DNA of 64,000 nucleotides. Origin: Utricularia gibba. Its lineage: Eukaryota > Plantae > Magnoliophyta. Below the pieces are notes generated by a model that worked only from the letters and a program-made list of their open reading frames with translations, searched no databases and was not told where the DNA came from. Position numbers and translations under genes: made by a program. Below, in pieces: positions 1-12,857 of the stretch. The first letter of the stretch is position 1, and every line of letters begins with the position of its first letter. The DNA lies in NCBI GenBank assembly GCA_002189035.1, contig NEEC01000018.1, forward strand, positions 1,426,001 to 1,490,000, in the 5' to 3' direction.

Positions 1-1565
1 CACCCCTCAACTTTAACATATTTGTAAAAACACCACCCTAGAAAAACAAATGCCACCCCATTTGAAATTTAGGGTTTTCAATCTATTTTTAAATAAATTG
101 ATTTCGATCAAAATTTGAACTTTTTTCGATTTATTTAGAGGATTTTTACACATCATTTCATTGTTTACATTATCGAAATTTACTGTAAACTTAATTATCT
201 CCTCGAAATTTTAGTTTTTCAATTCAATCCGAAATCCGAAATTCGAACTTGTAGATTGATGCACATAATCTTAGAAACCTTAGGCTACAACGATCATTTG
301 AGTAGCCATGCTTCCTTGACCGAGGCCCTTCATGATATCATATATAAAATTAGAATTTGCTTTTTTCCCCCACATTGATGAAAAAATATATATACTTATT
401 TGCAATATAGTCCCTAGGTACTTCTCAATTACTACACTAGGGTCATTGGTCTTCGTCCACGAGTAGCTCTATCCATTTTAATCATCTACGTCCATCGGGG
501 TCTCCTATGTCACAAATTAAGGGCACGAGCGATCCATCAAAATAGTTTGATGACAATCGAGGGGTTCGAGAATAAAAAACTATATTAGAATAAACAATTC
601 TATATTGAAATTTAAAAGTAAAATAATTAAGTATATAAAAAATTAAAAATATATAATAATCGATTGAAATTAATCTTTTTTAATACTTGATGTGTGTAAG
701 CTTGATAAGTTGTTCAACGCCTTTAACTTCCGGTGATACTCAATTGGACCGGCGGTTGGTAGCTGGCGGTTTGAGTAAATGGATAGCATGTCTATTTATA
801 TTGATAATATTAATAATGTCACAAGTCGACTTTATTGTCGTTTTGAACATCTAATTTTTTTTCACGGTTTAACATTTTGAGAAAAAAATAGTAAAAAGTT
901 TATGTATTCATTATATTTAATTCTCTGCACTCTCTTTCTCATAGGATTTGGGTAGGATCTACATTCTAAACTCTAAAAGAGTAGACTATGGGGGCGCAAT
1001 GACGAGCCGGCCCATATTTTGGCCCATCTACGCAACTAAATTCTGGCCCACAAGCCACTTCCGTAATTTCAAAATTAATCATTCAAGAGAGATTTTAATC
1101 AAAATAATGAGAATTAATGTATATTCAAAAAATTAAAAAAATAATTTTTATAGAAAAACACACATTTATCCATATTAGCAATAATAATATTTTATAAATT
1201 TTATAAAATAAAAATTACATTTTCTAAATTATCCATAGTATATAAATCTATAAATTCCATATTACTTCAAACATTGAAATATATTTATATTAATATTTAA
1301 TTATAATTTATTTGAATTGTGTTAGTTATTGTATTTATTTATTAAACATACGTATATAATTATAAATTCATATTATACAATTAATTCTCAAAAATTAATT
1401 TTCATATAAATTATATTTTAAGATAAAGAGAGGTAATCTTTGATCTTTATGTTGATTTGTAGTAGCCGGCGCGTAGCGTGCACATGATTGGTCGGTGAGC
1501 TTATTTATGGCGGATGGTGTCCGAGAAGTGACACTCCGGTGCTTTTCTTGGAGCCGTGTACGGTG

Positions 1566-3535
1566 ATGGCAGAGGACACGACTTCACCGTCCTACTGGTT
1601 GAACTGGCGATTCTTGCTTTGCGCGATATGGGTTTTGTTGGCGGTGGCCGCATCCTTATTCATTATATGGAGAAGCGAGCGGAGGGGAAAAACCAGAAGC
1701 TGCGGGAACGGGAATCAGCCGTTGCTATGGGTATTGTATGAGGGCGAAACTTGGGGAACTTGTCTCAGATCAGTTCATCCAATTTGGCTTCTTGTATACC
1801 GTTTTCTTGCTTTCTGCCTCTCCTTAGCTCTTGTTGCTGCTGATATTGCTGCACACGGTCTCCGTGTATTCTATTTTTACACGGAGTAAGTTTATTAGAT
1901 TTTCATCTGGTTTAAATTTTCTCTTTTGTTGTGTTTTGCCTGGTCAATAAGAGATTTTTAGCCTTCATGTATGTTTTGTTGTGGAGCAGGTGGACTTTTA
2001 CTCTGGTTGCTGTCTATTTTGGGGTAAGTTCCTCATTCTCTTGTTGAAAATCATAATTCCACACCGAAAAATGGTACCATTTTGTTTAAGGCTGAGTGAT
2101 TTTGGTGACTCTTTTCTGTACGATGTGGTGGTCTTTCCCCATGCTACTATTTCAATGGATAAGCTTGTCATTGCTTTATGGTGCTTGTTAGAATTATTGA
2201 AGTCAGTATCCGTATACTGCTTATACTGTTTCAACTTTTTTCCAGGTGTGCTTGATGTTGCTTAGTTTACAGTAGATTTTTATATCACCATCTTTTCCTG
2301 CAAAAATACTTGCTGATTCATTTCTGCTACGTTTGCTTTATGTAGCTAGGATCTGCTGTGTCCATTTATGGGTGTCTCCTATTTAACCGGAAGAAAGCAC
2401 ATTCAGAAGCATCTCAACATGCCAATGCAGATTTGGAGGGGAATCCTCACCTAGCAGAGAGAAATGGTGAAAACGGTGGAGCACTGGAGAAGAAGTGCAC
2501 CAGTCGAAAATATGCATCAGGATGGGAATTTGCCTTGCAAATAATTTTCCAGGTAAAAAAGCATCATCTGTTCCGCATCAACTACAAGTGCAGAAGCCAA
2601 GTGTTTAAGCAGCTGTGTATCCTGAGTTCCATACAAAGCACTAACTTTATGGCCTTGTATCATCTTTTTTCACTGTGAGATTGACTAAAGCAACCTAATG
2701 CGCATTTCTCTGAAGAGAAACTGCCTCCTTTCCACTGTATTCATGTAATATCCTCATTTGCGTTGCAGATAACTGCTGGGGCTGTTGCACTCACCGATAC
2801 TGTTTTCTGGCTCGTATTGTTCCCATTTTTCATGCGAAACCGTACATTGAACTGGGTAAGTTTCAAATACCCTATCCAATCCGTAGCTCTACTTCCTTTT
2901 ACTGATCATGTAATGCTGTTTTTCACCTCAGCTGGAGGTTTCAATGCACTCCATTAACGCTGTCTTCATCCTTGGAGAAATCATCTTAAACAAACTGGTA
3001 TCTATCTCTTTCCTCCCCTCTACTCTTCCCCATTTCCTGGTTCATCTCCACCTGAATTCTCCATTCCTTTCAGCACTTCCCCTTCTTCCGAATCGCCTAC
3101 TTCGCCCTCTGGACGACCACCTTCGTCGTTTTCCAGTGGATCCTGCACGCTTTCTCATCAACAAGGTACATAATCTCCCCCAGCCATCCATCAGTTCTTG
3201 CTGCTCAACTGTTTCATTAATCTGGCTGTGTCACAGATGGCCTTATCCTTTTCTGAGCTTGGCATCCCCATTTGCTCCATTATGGTACTCCTCTCTTCCT
3301 CATGGAACTTCAAGAACTATTCCACATGATCATCCCATCACCCCGGATGCTCGAAATCACTTGTTATATACTGCGATTATGCGCATTTGATTAAAATCGT
3401 TTATTTTCGTTTTGTTGCAGGTATTTGGCTGTGGGAGCACTTCTCGTTCCATGTTTCGCAGTCGTATGGTTGATCTTCAAGGTAAAGAAATCTTGCTTGC
3501 GCAAGTACTTGAGAGAATCAAATGAGGAACAATGA
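1566..3535 (+). CDS. Multi-pass membrane protein, 'rolling stone'-like (At5g62960/At1g10660 family), 8 exons
   Basis: Starts MAEDTTSPSYWLNWRFLLCAIW. GT-AG exons join to WTFTLVAVYFG, ITAGAVALTDTVFW, SMHSINAVFILGEIILNKL, FPFFRIAYFALWT, WPYPFLSLASPFAPLWY. Stop TGA at 3533-3535. Confidence 0.85.
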
Positions 3536-3930
3536 GCAAATCTAGTTCTGATATTTTAAAGTCGTTATGGACGTTTGGAAAAATATAATAAAAAAATATT
3601 TAATATATTATAAAAATGATTTAATTCAAATTTATTTTTTGTATTCGGATTTGTGATATAATTTATTTGAATAAAATATTTATAATATTAAAAAAATAGA
3701 TATTACATAATCAACATGTGAGAGTGCATAAGATGCCCTAATTTTCATGATTAATTGAATGATATGTCGCAATTTGGACAATGATGTGACTAATTTATCA
3801 GCTATAAAATAGATATTTTAATCATAAATTAATCATTCCGTCGTCGCTTCCTCAGTCGTGATCTGCCGGCTGGTCTGGTGCCACCTCATCATCCTTGCCG
3901 CTGTCTTCGCCGCCGCAGTTGCCTTGTTCC

Positions 3931-5656
3931 ATGAAGCAGAGGACTTGGCCGAGGAAATCGGGTGGAGGACACTTCAAATCTTTCCCCTATGTCATAGCAT
4001 CCGATGGATCATCGACATTCGCGAATCCCGCGAAAGCCCATTTCTCATTCTGCAATTCCACTCCCAAGGTGTCATCTTCTCCATCCCTATCGCCGATGCC
4101 CGATTATTCGGGAATCCCCTTTGACGTTCTCAGGAGAATTGCGGCGACTTTCACGCTGCCCACTTTGAGGGCGGCTTCGCTGGTTTGCAAGACGTGGAGG
4201 GACGCGCTGAGGCCGCTGCGAGAAGCGATGCTGTTCTTGAAGTGGGGTAAGAGGTATAAGCATGGCCGCGGTGGGGTGAAAGCTGATCTGAACAAGGCCT
4301 TGGATTCCTTCTTGAAAGGAGCGCTGCGTGGGTCTACTCTCGCAATGGTTGACGCCGGTTTGATATACTGGGAGATGGGTAACAAGGAGGAGGGAATTTA
4401 TTGGTATCGGAGAGCTGCCGATCTCGGTGACCGCGCGGGTCAATGTAATTTGGCTATTGCTTACCTGCGAGGTAATCTCTTCACTACACATTATTGAGAT
4501 TTTTAGAGTTATAGTTTTGGAATTGAGACCTCACGGATGGAAGACACAACTGAGCTTGTTGCATAGCTGCTGTGTTTTGGCTTGGCTTTCATGTTCTGGC
4601 TACTGGGTAAGCTATTGAACCAGATAACAAACATTTTGTGCGGAAGATGCCCCATAGAAGTGTTGTCTTGCAAGTCGTAACTTATGTAGGAAGATGTAAT
4701 GTGAACTATCTTATCAACTGCATAATGTGGCTCCATTCTCTTGTGCAGATAATCCTCCAAAAACAAAAGAGGCAATCCCTTTATTGTATGAGGCTTCATT
4801 AGGTGGTTATGTTCGTGCACAATACCAACTTGCTCTTTGCTTGCACCAAGGTCGAGGGACGACACAATCACTCCAAGAAGCGGTGTGTCTAGTTTTCTTC
4901 ACTGGGTCATATGTGAATTTTGTTCTGATCTTTCAGATACATGCTAATCTCTTTACTCATTCTTATGGCTTCCTTCCATGTCCATTTGCTGATATCTGCC
5001 ACTTTGGTCATAAAAGGACTTGTGTTATGTTAGAACAAGCAAATGTTTTTGAAAATGGTAGTACTTTATACAGAACGAGAACAATGCTTCACTTCGCGAT
5101 GTGACATGGTCTCAATTTTGGAAGAAGTGGGCGTGTTTTACCATGGCAATTGACTTCATAATTTTTTTTTTGTTTTTTTTTACAGGCTCGATGGTATCTC
5201 AGAGCTGCTGAAGGAGGATATGTACGAGCGATGTATAATACATCTCTTTGCTTTCTGACCGGGGAAGGTGCTGTGCAGTGTCATAAAATGGCAAGAAAAT
5301 GGATGAAGAAAGCAGCTGATCATGGACATAGCAAGGCTCAATTCGAGCATGGCCTGAGCCTCTTCGCCGTACGTACTATATTTTCTGAAACAGCTGCATA
5401 CACACACACGCCTTTATTTTCAAAGTGATGCAGAGCCATGTCAATATAAACGTGATTGGTATTTGAGTATTGATGGAGAAAGTTATCCCCTGAACAGGAA
5501 GGAAATATGATGGAGGCTGCGGTGTATCTGGAACTAGCCACCCGTGCCGGTGAACAAGCGGCAGGCCATGTGAAAAATGTCATTCTTCAGCAACTCTCTG
5601 TGCCCTCTCGTGAGCGAGCTATGATGCTTGCCGATACATGGCGTGCTAGCCACTAG
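3931..5656 (+). CDS. F-box protein with Sel1-like repeats (At1g70590-like), 4 exons
   Basis: F-box IPFDVLRRIAATFTLPTLRAASLVCKTW; Sel1 repeats WYRRAADLGDRAGQCNLA, WYLRAAEGGYVRAMYN, WMKKAADHGHSKAQFEHG. Exons about 3931-4471, 4751-4881, 5186-5368, 5498-5656. Confidence 0.9.
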
Positions 5657-5992
5657 AGCTGGGACACGGAACTCATTTTCAGGGTATCCAATAATTGCAG
5701 AAATGTACAACTTAGAAACTTGTTTCTTGAGTGGCCCGGTTTGTTGTAGGTTTCGGTGAAAAAGATTCCATTTGCTTGTCCAGAGCCTCTAACATTCATT
5801 TGCTGATGGTCTACCATGTGGATGTGCAGTCAGTCCCACATAGAGCTGCTTTCTAGCTATGCTTTTGTGTATAAGAATTTGCTTGCAGTTTGTATAGGAC
5901 TTGATGCTTCCTGTTTTCTCTTATTGGAATGAATAACAAGCAAACTGGTGTAATAATGGTTGCAGCCACCAAATGTGCATGTGGGCGATAAG

Positions 5993-7900
5993 CTAATATG
6001 ACTTCTGTGTAAGCAAACCAGAGTGAGACTGATGAAACACACTGAGATGGTAAATTGCTTGATGTATCAGCTCCTTGAGCTCTGGATATTGTGCGATGAA
6101 GGCACGGTCCACCCCCTCAAGGGCATTCAGAACGCCGGCTCGCTCCAAATCCTGGCTTTTTCCGGCATTGATGGCAAGATAACATATGAGTTTCAATCCC
6201 TGCAACTGTGCCTTCTCGTTCATCGTCAACAGCTTCATCAATGGAGGAACACCTCCCAGTTCAATGATACTCTTGCTATGCTCCACACGCAAATAGTTGT
6301 CCGGGTTAGCAAATTTACCGAGCGAAGTAGCGATTTCTGTAGCTACTTCTACATTCTTGTGATTGAGCTGTTTCAGTAATGAACTGATAAACCTCGTCTC
6401 CCTCTCTGGGAATGTCCGAGCTAACGACCCGATTGCTCGGATAGCTGCTATCTGCAACCTGGGATCGTCGCATTCTTTGATGATTCTAAGCAGCTGGTTC
6501 ACAACAGCCTTTGCTGCCGGAGAGTTCGTCTTGAATGTGGACCGCCGTAGATCAGCATTATATTCAGCTGCCGCAGTTATCTCCATTATTGCCATCAAGC
6601 AGTTTCTCAGGAGTTCACCTTGTTCTGTCTCCACAAGCTTAGCTAAACAGAGCAAACCCTTGGTTTCTGTGATCCTTCTACTGTTTCCTACACTGCCTTT
6701 GGCAAGCATCCATAATGCCTCAGCACAGTTAACCTTGAGCGCATGTTTTACCTCTGGTGTCTCGTTCTCCCTCTCCTTCCGGTAACTACCACTACTCTTG
6801 CTGCTTCCATCTGAGAAATGCATCGACAACGAAGTTCCGAAACCGGGCTTCTTTGAGTTCTTCTTATCCATCTCCTTGTGGCTCTGCACATCCTTGTTGA
6901 TCTGCACAATGGAATGGATGCTTTGCTTCCCATCTTTGTGCACATCCATGGGCAGATCAAATGACAACAGAGTGACTAGTGGTCTGATCACATTCTCCCT
7001 AGCAAAATCCTCTCGTGCAACAGAACATATTCTAGCCATCTTAGCCACGAAATGAGCTACCTTGATCTGAACTTTCATGGCGGAATCCCTCAAAACATTA
7101 ACAATGATAGGAATCCCTGAACCAGATATGATTGCTCCAATCCTTTCTTGATCATTAGCTAAATTTGAAAGTGCAGATGCAGCAGCTGTTTGCCCTTCAA
7201 CAGATGCACTGTCCTTCAATAGCTTCAACAATGGCGGAATACCACCTTCATCGACTATAATTTGCTTGTTCCTGTCATTGTCATTAGCCAAAGAAGCTAG
7301 CTTATCAGCAGCTTCAGTCTTAACGTGCAATTGACCCATGTGCAACGAAGCAATAAAAGACCAAACCCAAGAAAGTATAGGATCGGTGCTGGCAATCGGC
7401 GGTAAAGTGAGATCAATACCTCCATCAGAGCCACCAGAATCAAAAACACTCATTACCCATTTCATATCAGCAACAGAGGAATCAAGAAGCAAACGCAGTT
7501 TCCTAAAATCAGTGGTGGTAACAATCGTCACAACCCGGAGGAAGATTCCACGCCGCCTGCACTTCTTGATCAAAATCAAGGCCTTTTCCAGATTCTTCGA
7601 AACTTCAGTCACAATTCGACGTAGTGGGCGGTCGTAGAAACTGGCTCCGGAAGTAGGGCTCGTCGCCAACCGTACGGCGGAGCGCAGCATCTGACCAATG
7701 CGCTCTACTTGCTTACCAACCTCAGAACACTCCGATTTGAAGGAATCGACCTCATTCACCGCTGCCGAAACCTGATCGGCCAAAAGTATCGGAAACGACA
7801 GAACCTCATCGATTCGCTTCTCCTGCTCCACGATCGCTGCCTGCTTCTGGGGTTGAGGCTTTGGGGAAACTGAAGCCGTCGGAGTTTGCTTCGCCATCAT
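5993..7900 (-). CDS. ARO4: Armadillo repeat only protein, ARO4-like, single exon
   Basis: Uninterrupted ORF with SFKSECSEVGKQVER, LPPIASTDPILSWVWS, KVNCAEALWMLAKG, RRITETKGLL, FKTNSPAAKAV, matching Arabidopsis ARO4 as I remember it. First ATG (MMAKQ) at 7900. Confidence 0.9.
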   Translation of the reverse strand: MMAKQTPTASVSPKPQPQKQAAIVEQEKRIDEVLSFPILLADQVSAAVNEVDSFKSECSEVGKQVERIGQMLRSAVRLATSPTSGASFYDRPLRRIVTEVSKNLEKALILIKKCRRRGIFLRVVTIVTTTDFRKLRLLLDSSVADMKWVMSVFDSGGSDGGIDLTLPPIASTDPILSWVWSFIASLHMGQLHVKTEAADKLASLANDNDRNKQIIVDEGGIPPLLKLLKDSASVEGQTAAASALSNLANDQERIGAIISGSGIPIIVNVLRDSAMKVQIKVAHFVAKMARICSVAREDFARENVIRPLVTLLSFDLPMDVHKDGKQSIHSIVQINKDVQSHKEMDKKNSKKPGFGTSLSMHFSDGSSKSSGSYRKERENETPEVKHALKVNCAEALWMLAKGSVGNSRRITETKGLLCLAKLVETEQGELLRNCLMAIMEITAAAEYNADLRRSTFKTNSPAAKAVVNQLLRIIKECDDPRLQIAAIRAIGSLARTFPERETRFISSLLKQLNHKNVEVATEIATSLGKFANPDNYLRVEHSKSIIELGGVPPLMKLLTMNEKAQLQGLKLICYLAINAGKSQDLERAGVLNALEGVDRAFIAQYPELKELIHQAIYHLSVFHQSHSGLLTQKSY

Positions 7901-9076
7901 CACACCGTGCGGCTCAAAACCCAAAGTCGTCGAAGAGGGGAAACTTATTCTTCCACAGAAAATGACGATCATTCACACTGCAAGTCCCCCCCCCCCTTCT
8001 TCTTATTCGCGTCATCCCTCTGGCTGCCTCGTCTACGAACTATGGAGTTAAAGTTTGGTCATTTCTCGAAATTCGCCATGGATGAAATTTCTCTAACATC
8101 AATGATTCAATTTGTAAGAGAAAGACCCGAAGTCAAGTCCTGTTTATTCAATTTTATCATTGATTAGATTGATTAAATTAGTGTTATTTAATTGGCTAAT
8201 TAATTCATTGATATATTATTTTATGTTTAATCAATTTTCCAAATTTAATCCCATAGAGAAAATTGACCAAATAACACATTATATTTCAAAATATTTTTAA
8301 TAAAATAATCTGTTTCCTAATTTTTCAAGAATCAATTTTCAAAAATAATTTTAAATAAGTAGAGTTAAATCTCTATAATTTCTTATTTTAAGAAGAACTT
8401 CTAGGTTTTTATTAATTTTAGAGGAAAAATCATTTGTGTTTTATAGTAAATTTAATTTCTAAATGAATTTTCATAAAATAAAAACTATTTCAAATAGATG
8501 AGTAGATTTAAGTGGATTGATGGGTTTTGAATTTGTGTTCTATGTTTTACACGTAAATTTGTGTTTATGTATTTTATTATTTTTATGTATTGATTTATTA
8601 TAATTCTTTGGATATGATAAACTTGACTGTTGTGTTTTAAAAAGATTTCTTTAATTTGAGGATAAGAACAATAAATTATAAATTTTCTTTTAAAATCTTT
8701 CAAATATATTGAACCACTGATTTTCGAGTTCAACTTTTAAATTTTGTAATGACTGAGAGCAGAGTTGGAATTTTGATGATTTTTTTTGTTGGAGAAATCT
8801 CAGATCTTGATCCACACACAAAAAAAATTACTATTAAAAATCAAAATTGACAACAGAAGGTGAGCAGACAACATAGAGATGAACTCGTTTCTTGTCGAAA
8901 GCGAATCCACAATCACTGCTAAGATCACATCATTTAAGAGTCCGACACATTGAATGGTTTTGGGGGATCATGATGTTTTAAAATGATTCCCATGATAGAA
9001 CCCAAGTAGGATAAACTACTTTGTGTTCTCCTCCTGTGTTTTCCAGAAAACATGCTCGCTATACTCAAGGACTCAC

Positions 9077-10367
9077 CAGTCATACCTGGAGCCAATGAGG
9101 GGGAGTTGGTGATCATCTCTTCTTGGGTGACGTTGATTTTGGGAGCTTGCTGTATGTGTATCTGACATTTGCCGCCTGGCGATGGAAGATGACACTGGGG
9201 TGCTTCTTTTCCATTTCTTGATATAGTTTGAGGCAGTCAGGATAGCGATTATTGGCCTCATAGGCCATAGCAAGCCATATTCTTATCTGAAACTCCATTT
9301 GATTTGGAAAGTACTGCATAAGAAGCGAAGCAAATGAGCAAAAACATCACATTGAAAAGGCTGAGCAAAGTTTATCAACTGCATTGGCTCTCACTTCAAG
9401 ATTATTCAGCAACCATGTGTGAAGGATAAGAAAAGTTATAGCATACAAGGAAATACGCTGATTCATGACACCAAGCCAAACCATTAATGCTTCTGATAAC
9501 AACGGAGTCATTACATTCCCACTTGTTTAACATGGACCGCTCATTTTTGAAGTGCCAAGAAACCTACCTCAAGCCCCATTTGTCCAACCTAAGCTTGAGG
9601 GGGAAGCCACGACTCTAGCACATGCAGATGGTGAATCCTCTAACGATTCAAAGGATATTGAAACACCTAAGCTTGGGATCTTGACTGCAACAAATGCAGA
9701 TTGTAAAAGTGAAGGGATATATGGATACCAACCTCACCACCAAATTTGTGGGCTGGAGAATGACAGTGAGAGCAGCTTCAACAATGTCAATTGCGCGTCC
9801 ACACATACCCTTCTCGTAGGCTTCTGCCTCTGAGCTGTTTTTCTTTCGTTTGGCTTCCTACCTTGTTACCCAAGGTAAGTTGCAAAAATAAGAGCTTGAA
9901 TCCCACTTGTAATTGTCATTTGAGTGAGACAACGATGTTGATGTCAGAAATTGACGCAGACAGAAAAAAATGACGCACCTTTTCGATCTCCTTCGTGATT
10001 CTCGCCTTCTGAAATCGACATTGCCGATCATTTTATACTGCAAGTCATAAACTTTTATTCTACAGTTCCCTCCTCTCTTCAATCTCCTTCACTCGTGGCC
10101 TCTTCTCCCCGAGCTCATCCTGAATCCCGTTACTCTCAATGTCGCTAGATGTCCCCCAATTCACTCGATTCTCCATCAATAGATTCGGCATCCGCTTGTC
10201 CAAGTGCCTCTATTCGTGTCCGCAAATGGCCGCAATTAAGGTGGAGATTCTTCGTAAAGAGGCTTTCACCCTACGTCGTACGGTATGCACCCGGTATCTC
10301 CTCCTGCGGTGAAGGAGATCGCGGCAAGATCCACTATCGAAGATATGCTTCCGGCGACAGACCCCAT
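9077..10367 (-). pseudogene. Degraded intron-containing pseudogene of a plastid TPR-like protein (At3g26580-like)
   Basis: Three exon relics (10367-9979, 9861-9733, 9286-9077) encode RVKEIEERREL*, AYEKGMCGRAIDIVEAALT, IRIWLAMAYEANNRY, QAPKINVTQEEMIT, PLIGSRYD. In-frame TAG at 10062-10060, several frameshifts, GT-AG sites retained. Confidence 0.8.
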
Positions 10368-10529
10368 CGCGACGGCAGGATGGCCGTTCCGCAAAGCGAT
10401 CGAGAAAAAGATATCCGCATCTACAGAGGCAACATAGATTCACAGATCGTAGAGGAAAAAGGACGGTCCAGATTACGAGCAAAGTAACCAATTAGTTTAT
10501 GACACGTCGCTTTATTCCTTTGATGTGGA

Positions 10530-10622
10530 ACATGGGCCTTAATTTGTGGCCCAACAAAAATACCCCACCGTACTTTCAAATTGCCCATATAAACGATGGG
10601 TCTTCTAAATAACTAGCCCACA
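10530..10622. promoter_or_regulatory. Cluster of site II-like (TGGGCY/GCCCA) motifs upstream of the TPR pseudogene
   Basis: TGGGCC, GGCCCA, GCCCAT and AGCCCA within ~90 bp, about 160 bp 5' of the relic ATG. Confidence 0.4.
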
Positions 10623-12012
10623 TTATGCCATCCAGTTCTCTTCAAATCTTTTTAATTGTGATTTATATTTTTTATATATTTAAATTTCATATATATATAT
10701 TTGTCTAATTTATTGGATACCTAATTTTCATATAGCATTAGAACATTTTACTTATATCATAGTTTGGATAGTCAATATGAATTTTGTGCTGATCTAAGAT
10801 TCAATTAAAAAAACAAATAGATGTATTGGATTTAAGTGATAAAGATTAAATTAATTTATAACTAGAGCATTATCTACGATTGTAAAAAAAAATATATCAT
10901 AATGGAACTAAAGTTATTGGACTTGCAAATTGGTATTAGAGCAAAAATAATCATATATTAGAAAAATAAATTGATGCGATCAAATATATAAAATATTATT
11001 AATTTAGGGTTTAGGGTAAATATATAATTGGTTAAATCTATACTTGTTGAGTGCGATTCATGTTTTTTACGTATTTGATATCCATACATGTATTTTTTTG
11101 ATCTATCGAATCATTAATTTCAATAATCACAATGAAAACAATAGGAGATCTCTAAGCTAATGAAGCTTCTAACACATCCACGAAATCCGCTTATCAGGAA
11201 CTTTTTTCAGATTTTTTAGGGTTTATCAGCAAGAAGTTGCTTTTAGAAGCAACGAGAACTGGCATGCAAAAAACTCCCAGAAGTTTCCCTATCATTGTTC
11301 TTGGTCTTGAACGATCTTCTTCTCTTCAAGCGACCTCAGCTCCCAAGGCATGAGACAGCTGCTCGACTGCCCAAGGTATCTATGATCGTGAAACCAATGG
11401 GAGAAGACTGCAATTACAAAACAGCATGGTTTCAAACTCGAATCTCATTCAGCTAGTTTATTAGAACACACAATACTGTATCAAAATATGAAATTGAAAA
11501 TAGTCAGTATGTAAGAAATTATAAATTACTATTAATCGATTGAATTTAATCTTTTCTAATATAATTTATGTTTTTTTTATGTACTAAAGTTTTATGTGTA
11601 CTCGTTCTATTCATATAATTATGAGTTTCAATACAGTGTTAGAAAAAGGCTGGCAAAGAACACCGGACATGCCTGCCAGTTAGGCTTCACCGGAAAAAGG
11701 GCCCTGCCCCGGAAAGCCTCCACCACAAACCCCACCAGAAGAGCGCCATTATCTCCTCCACATGGATGGATGCTAATGATCAGGAGTGACCCGACCCGCA
11801 TTACCGTTAACCAGGGCTAATCATTGCCCCGACAACCTGTCCTTTTCATTCTCCAAAGGAGAGGAACTCCGGCTAAGGTTCGTGTCCATCTCCTTACGTC
11901 ATTATTAATCGTCATTAATTGGGATCCTTCGTTGTCGTTGGTGGTTAATATAGTTGGAATGGGACCCACTCCAACGATATTAATTGATTGTTTTTTGATT
12001 AAAACTATGCAC

Positions 12013-12574
12013 TAGACTTGTAATTGGTTTGAACTGGAACCATGGTTTCGGTTTTGGATCTGTTCAGATGGATGCCAATTTGAGATATTTGGAATTGGAA
12101 AATCATGGTTTCAACCCGTGAGGAATCGATGATTCAAAATTGTTAATGATTCTAGGCATAATTGACAAGTGTTATGAGAATTTGGAAAAAAAAAATTAAA
12201 ATAACTATAAATTTTCTAGACACTCTTAACGTCTTACATGAATGATTGAATAACTTTTTTTATTTTCAAAACTGTTTTTAGTTACTCTTAACAACTATTA
12301 TGGAAAACTGAAAAATTCTCAAAAAACATTATACATTTTGTAGGCATCCACAATCGCTCATGTGAGCACTTGAAAATTAAATTCTAAAAAATTGTATGGT
12401 TTCGATTTGATTCAATGTTTTCAATTTTAATTTTGGTTCGATTTATGGTTTAAAATTCTGTTTTCAATTCAAAATCAATAATAAACCACGATTCATGAAT
12501 TTACGGTTCAAAAAAACTATTCGGTTCTAAACCGAAACCGATCGGTTTGGAAGTTGGAATCGGTTGCATCTCTA
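12013..12574. mobile_element. Old non-autonomous hAT-type MITE
   Basis: Ends TAGACTTGTAA and TTGCATCTCTA (8/11 inverted match). Flanks CTATGCAC/CCATGCAA (6/8, degenerate 8-bp TSD). Many subterminal AACCG/CGGTT motifs. Confidence 0.5.
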
Positions 12575-12857
12575 CCATGCAACATAGAGATTTTTTTTTC
12601 TACATTTTGCCAAAATTTTTCATATTGGATTGAATATGCTATTGGAATTCTAAAGTTAAATGTACTTAGGTGAGAGTATTAAATTATGTGATCCATTTTT
12701 TTAATTCGATACTTTACATGTCTTTTGTTTTAAAAGAATTAATCTTTGGTCTCAATTTATTTATCCTCGTTAATAAAATTTAGAAAAAAATTTCATATTG
12801 GATTGAACTCGGATTTTTTTAATTTATTCGTTAAAATTAATTTATTTTTTAATAATT

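Noticed and set aside
1-560. Possible transposon end (TIR-like) at the window start
   Set aside because: No partner repeat, TSD or coding remnant inside the window.
11150-11460. Possible exon relic on the minus strand (FSHWFHDHRY...PWELRSLEEKK)
   Set aside because: Stops in all frames and no family I can recognise.
11810-11872. miR399-like CCAAAGGAGAG with an upstream CAGGGC
   Set aside because: Only 11 nt match the mature sequence and the arms do not form a proper duplex.
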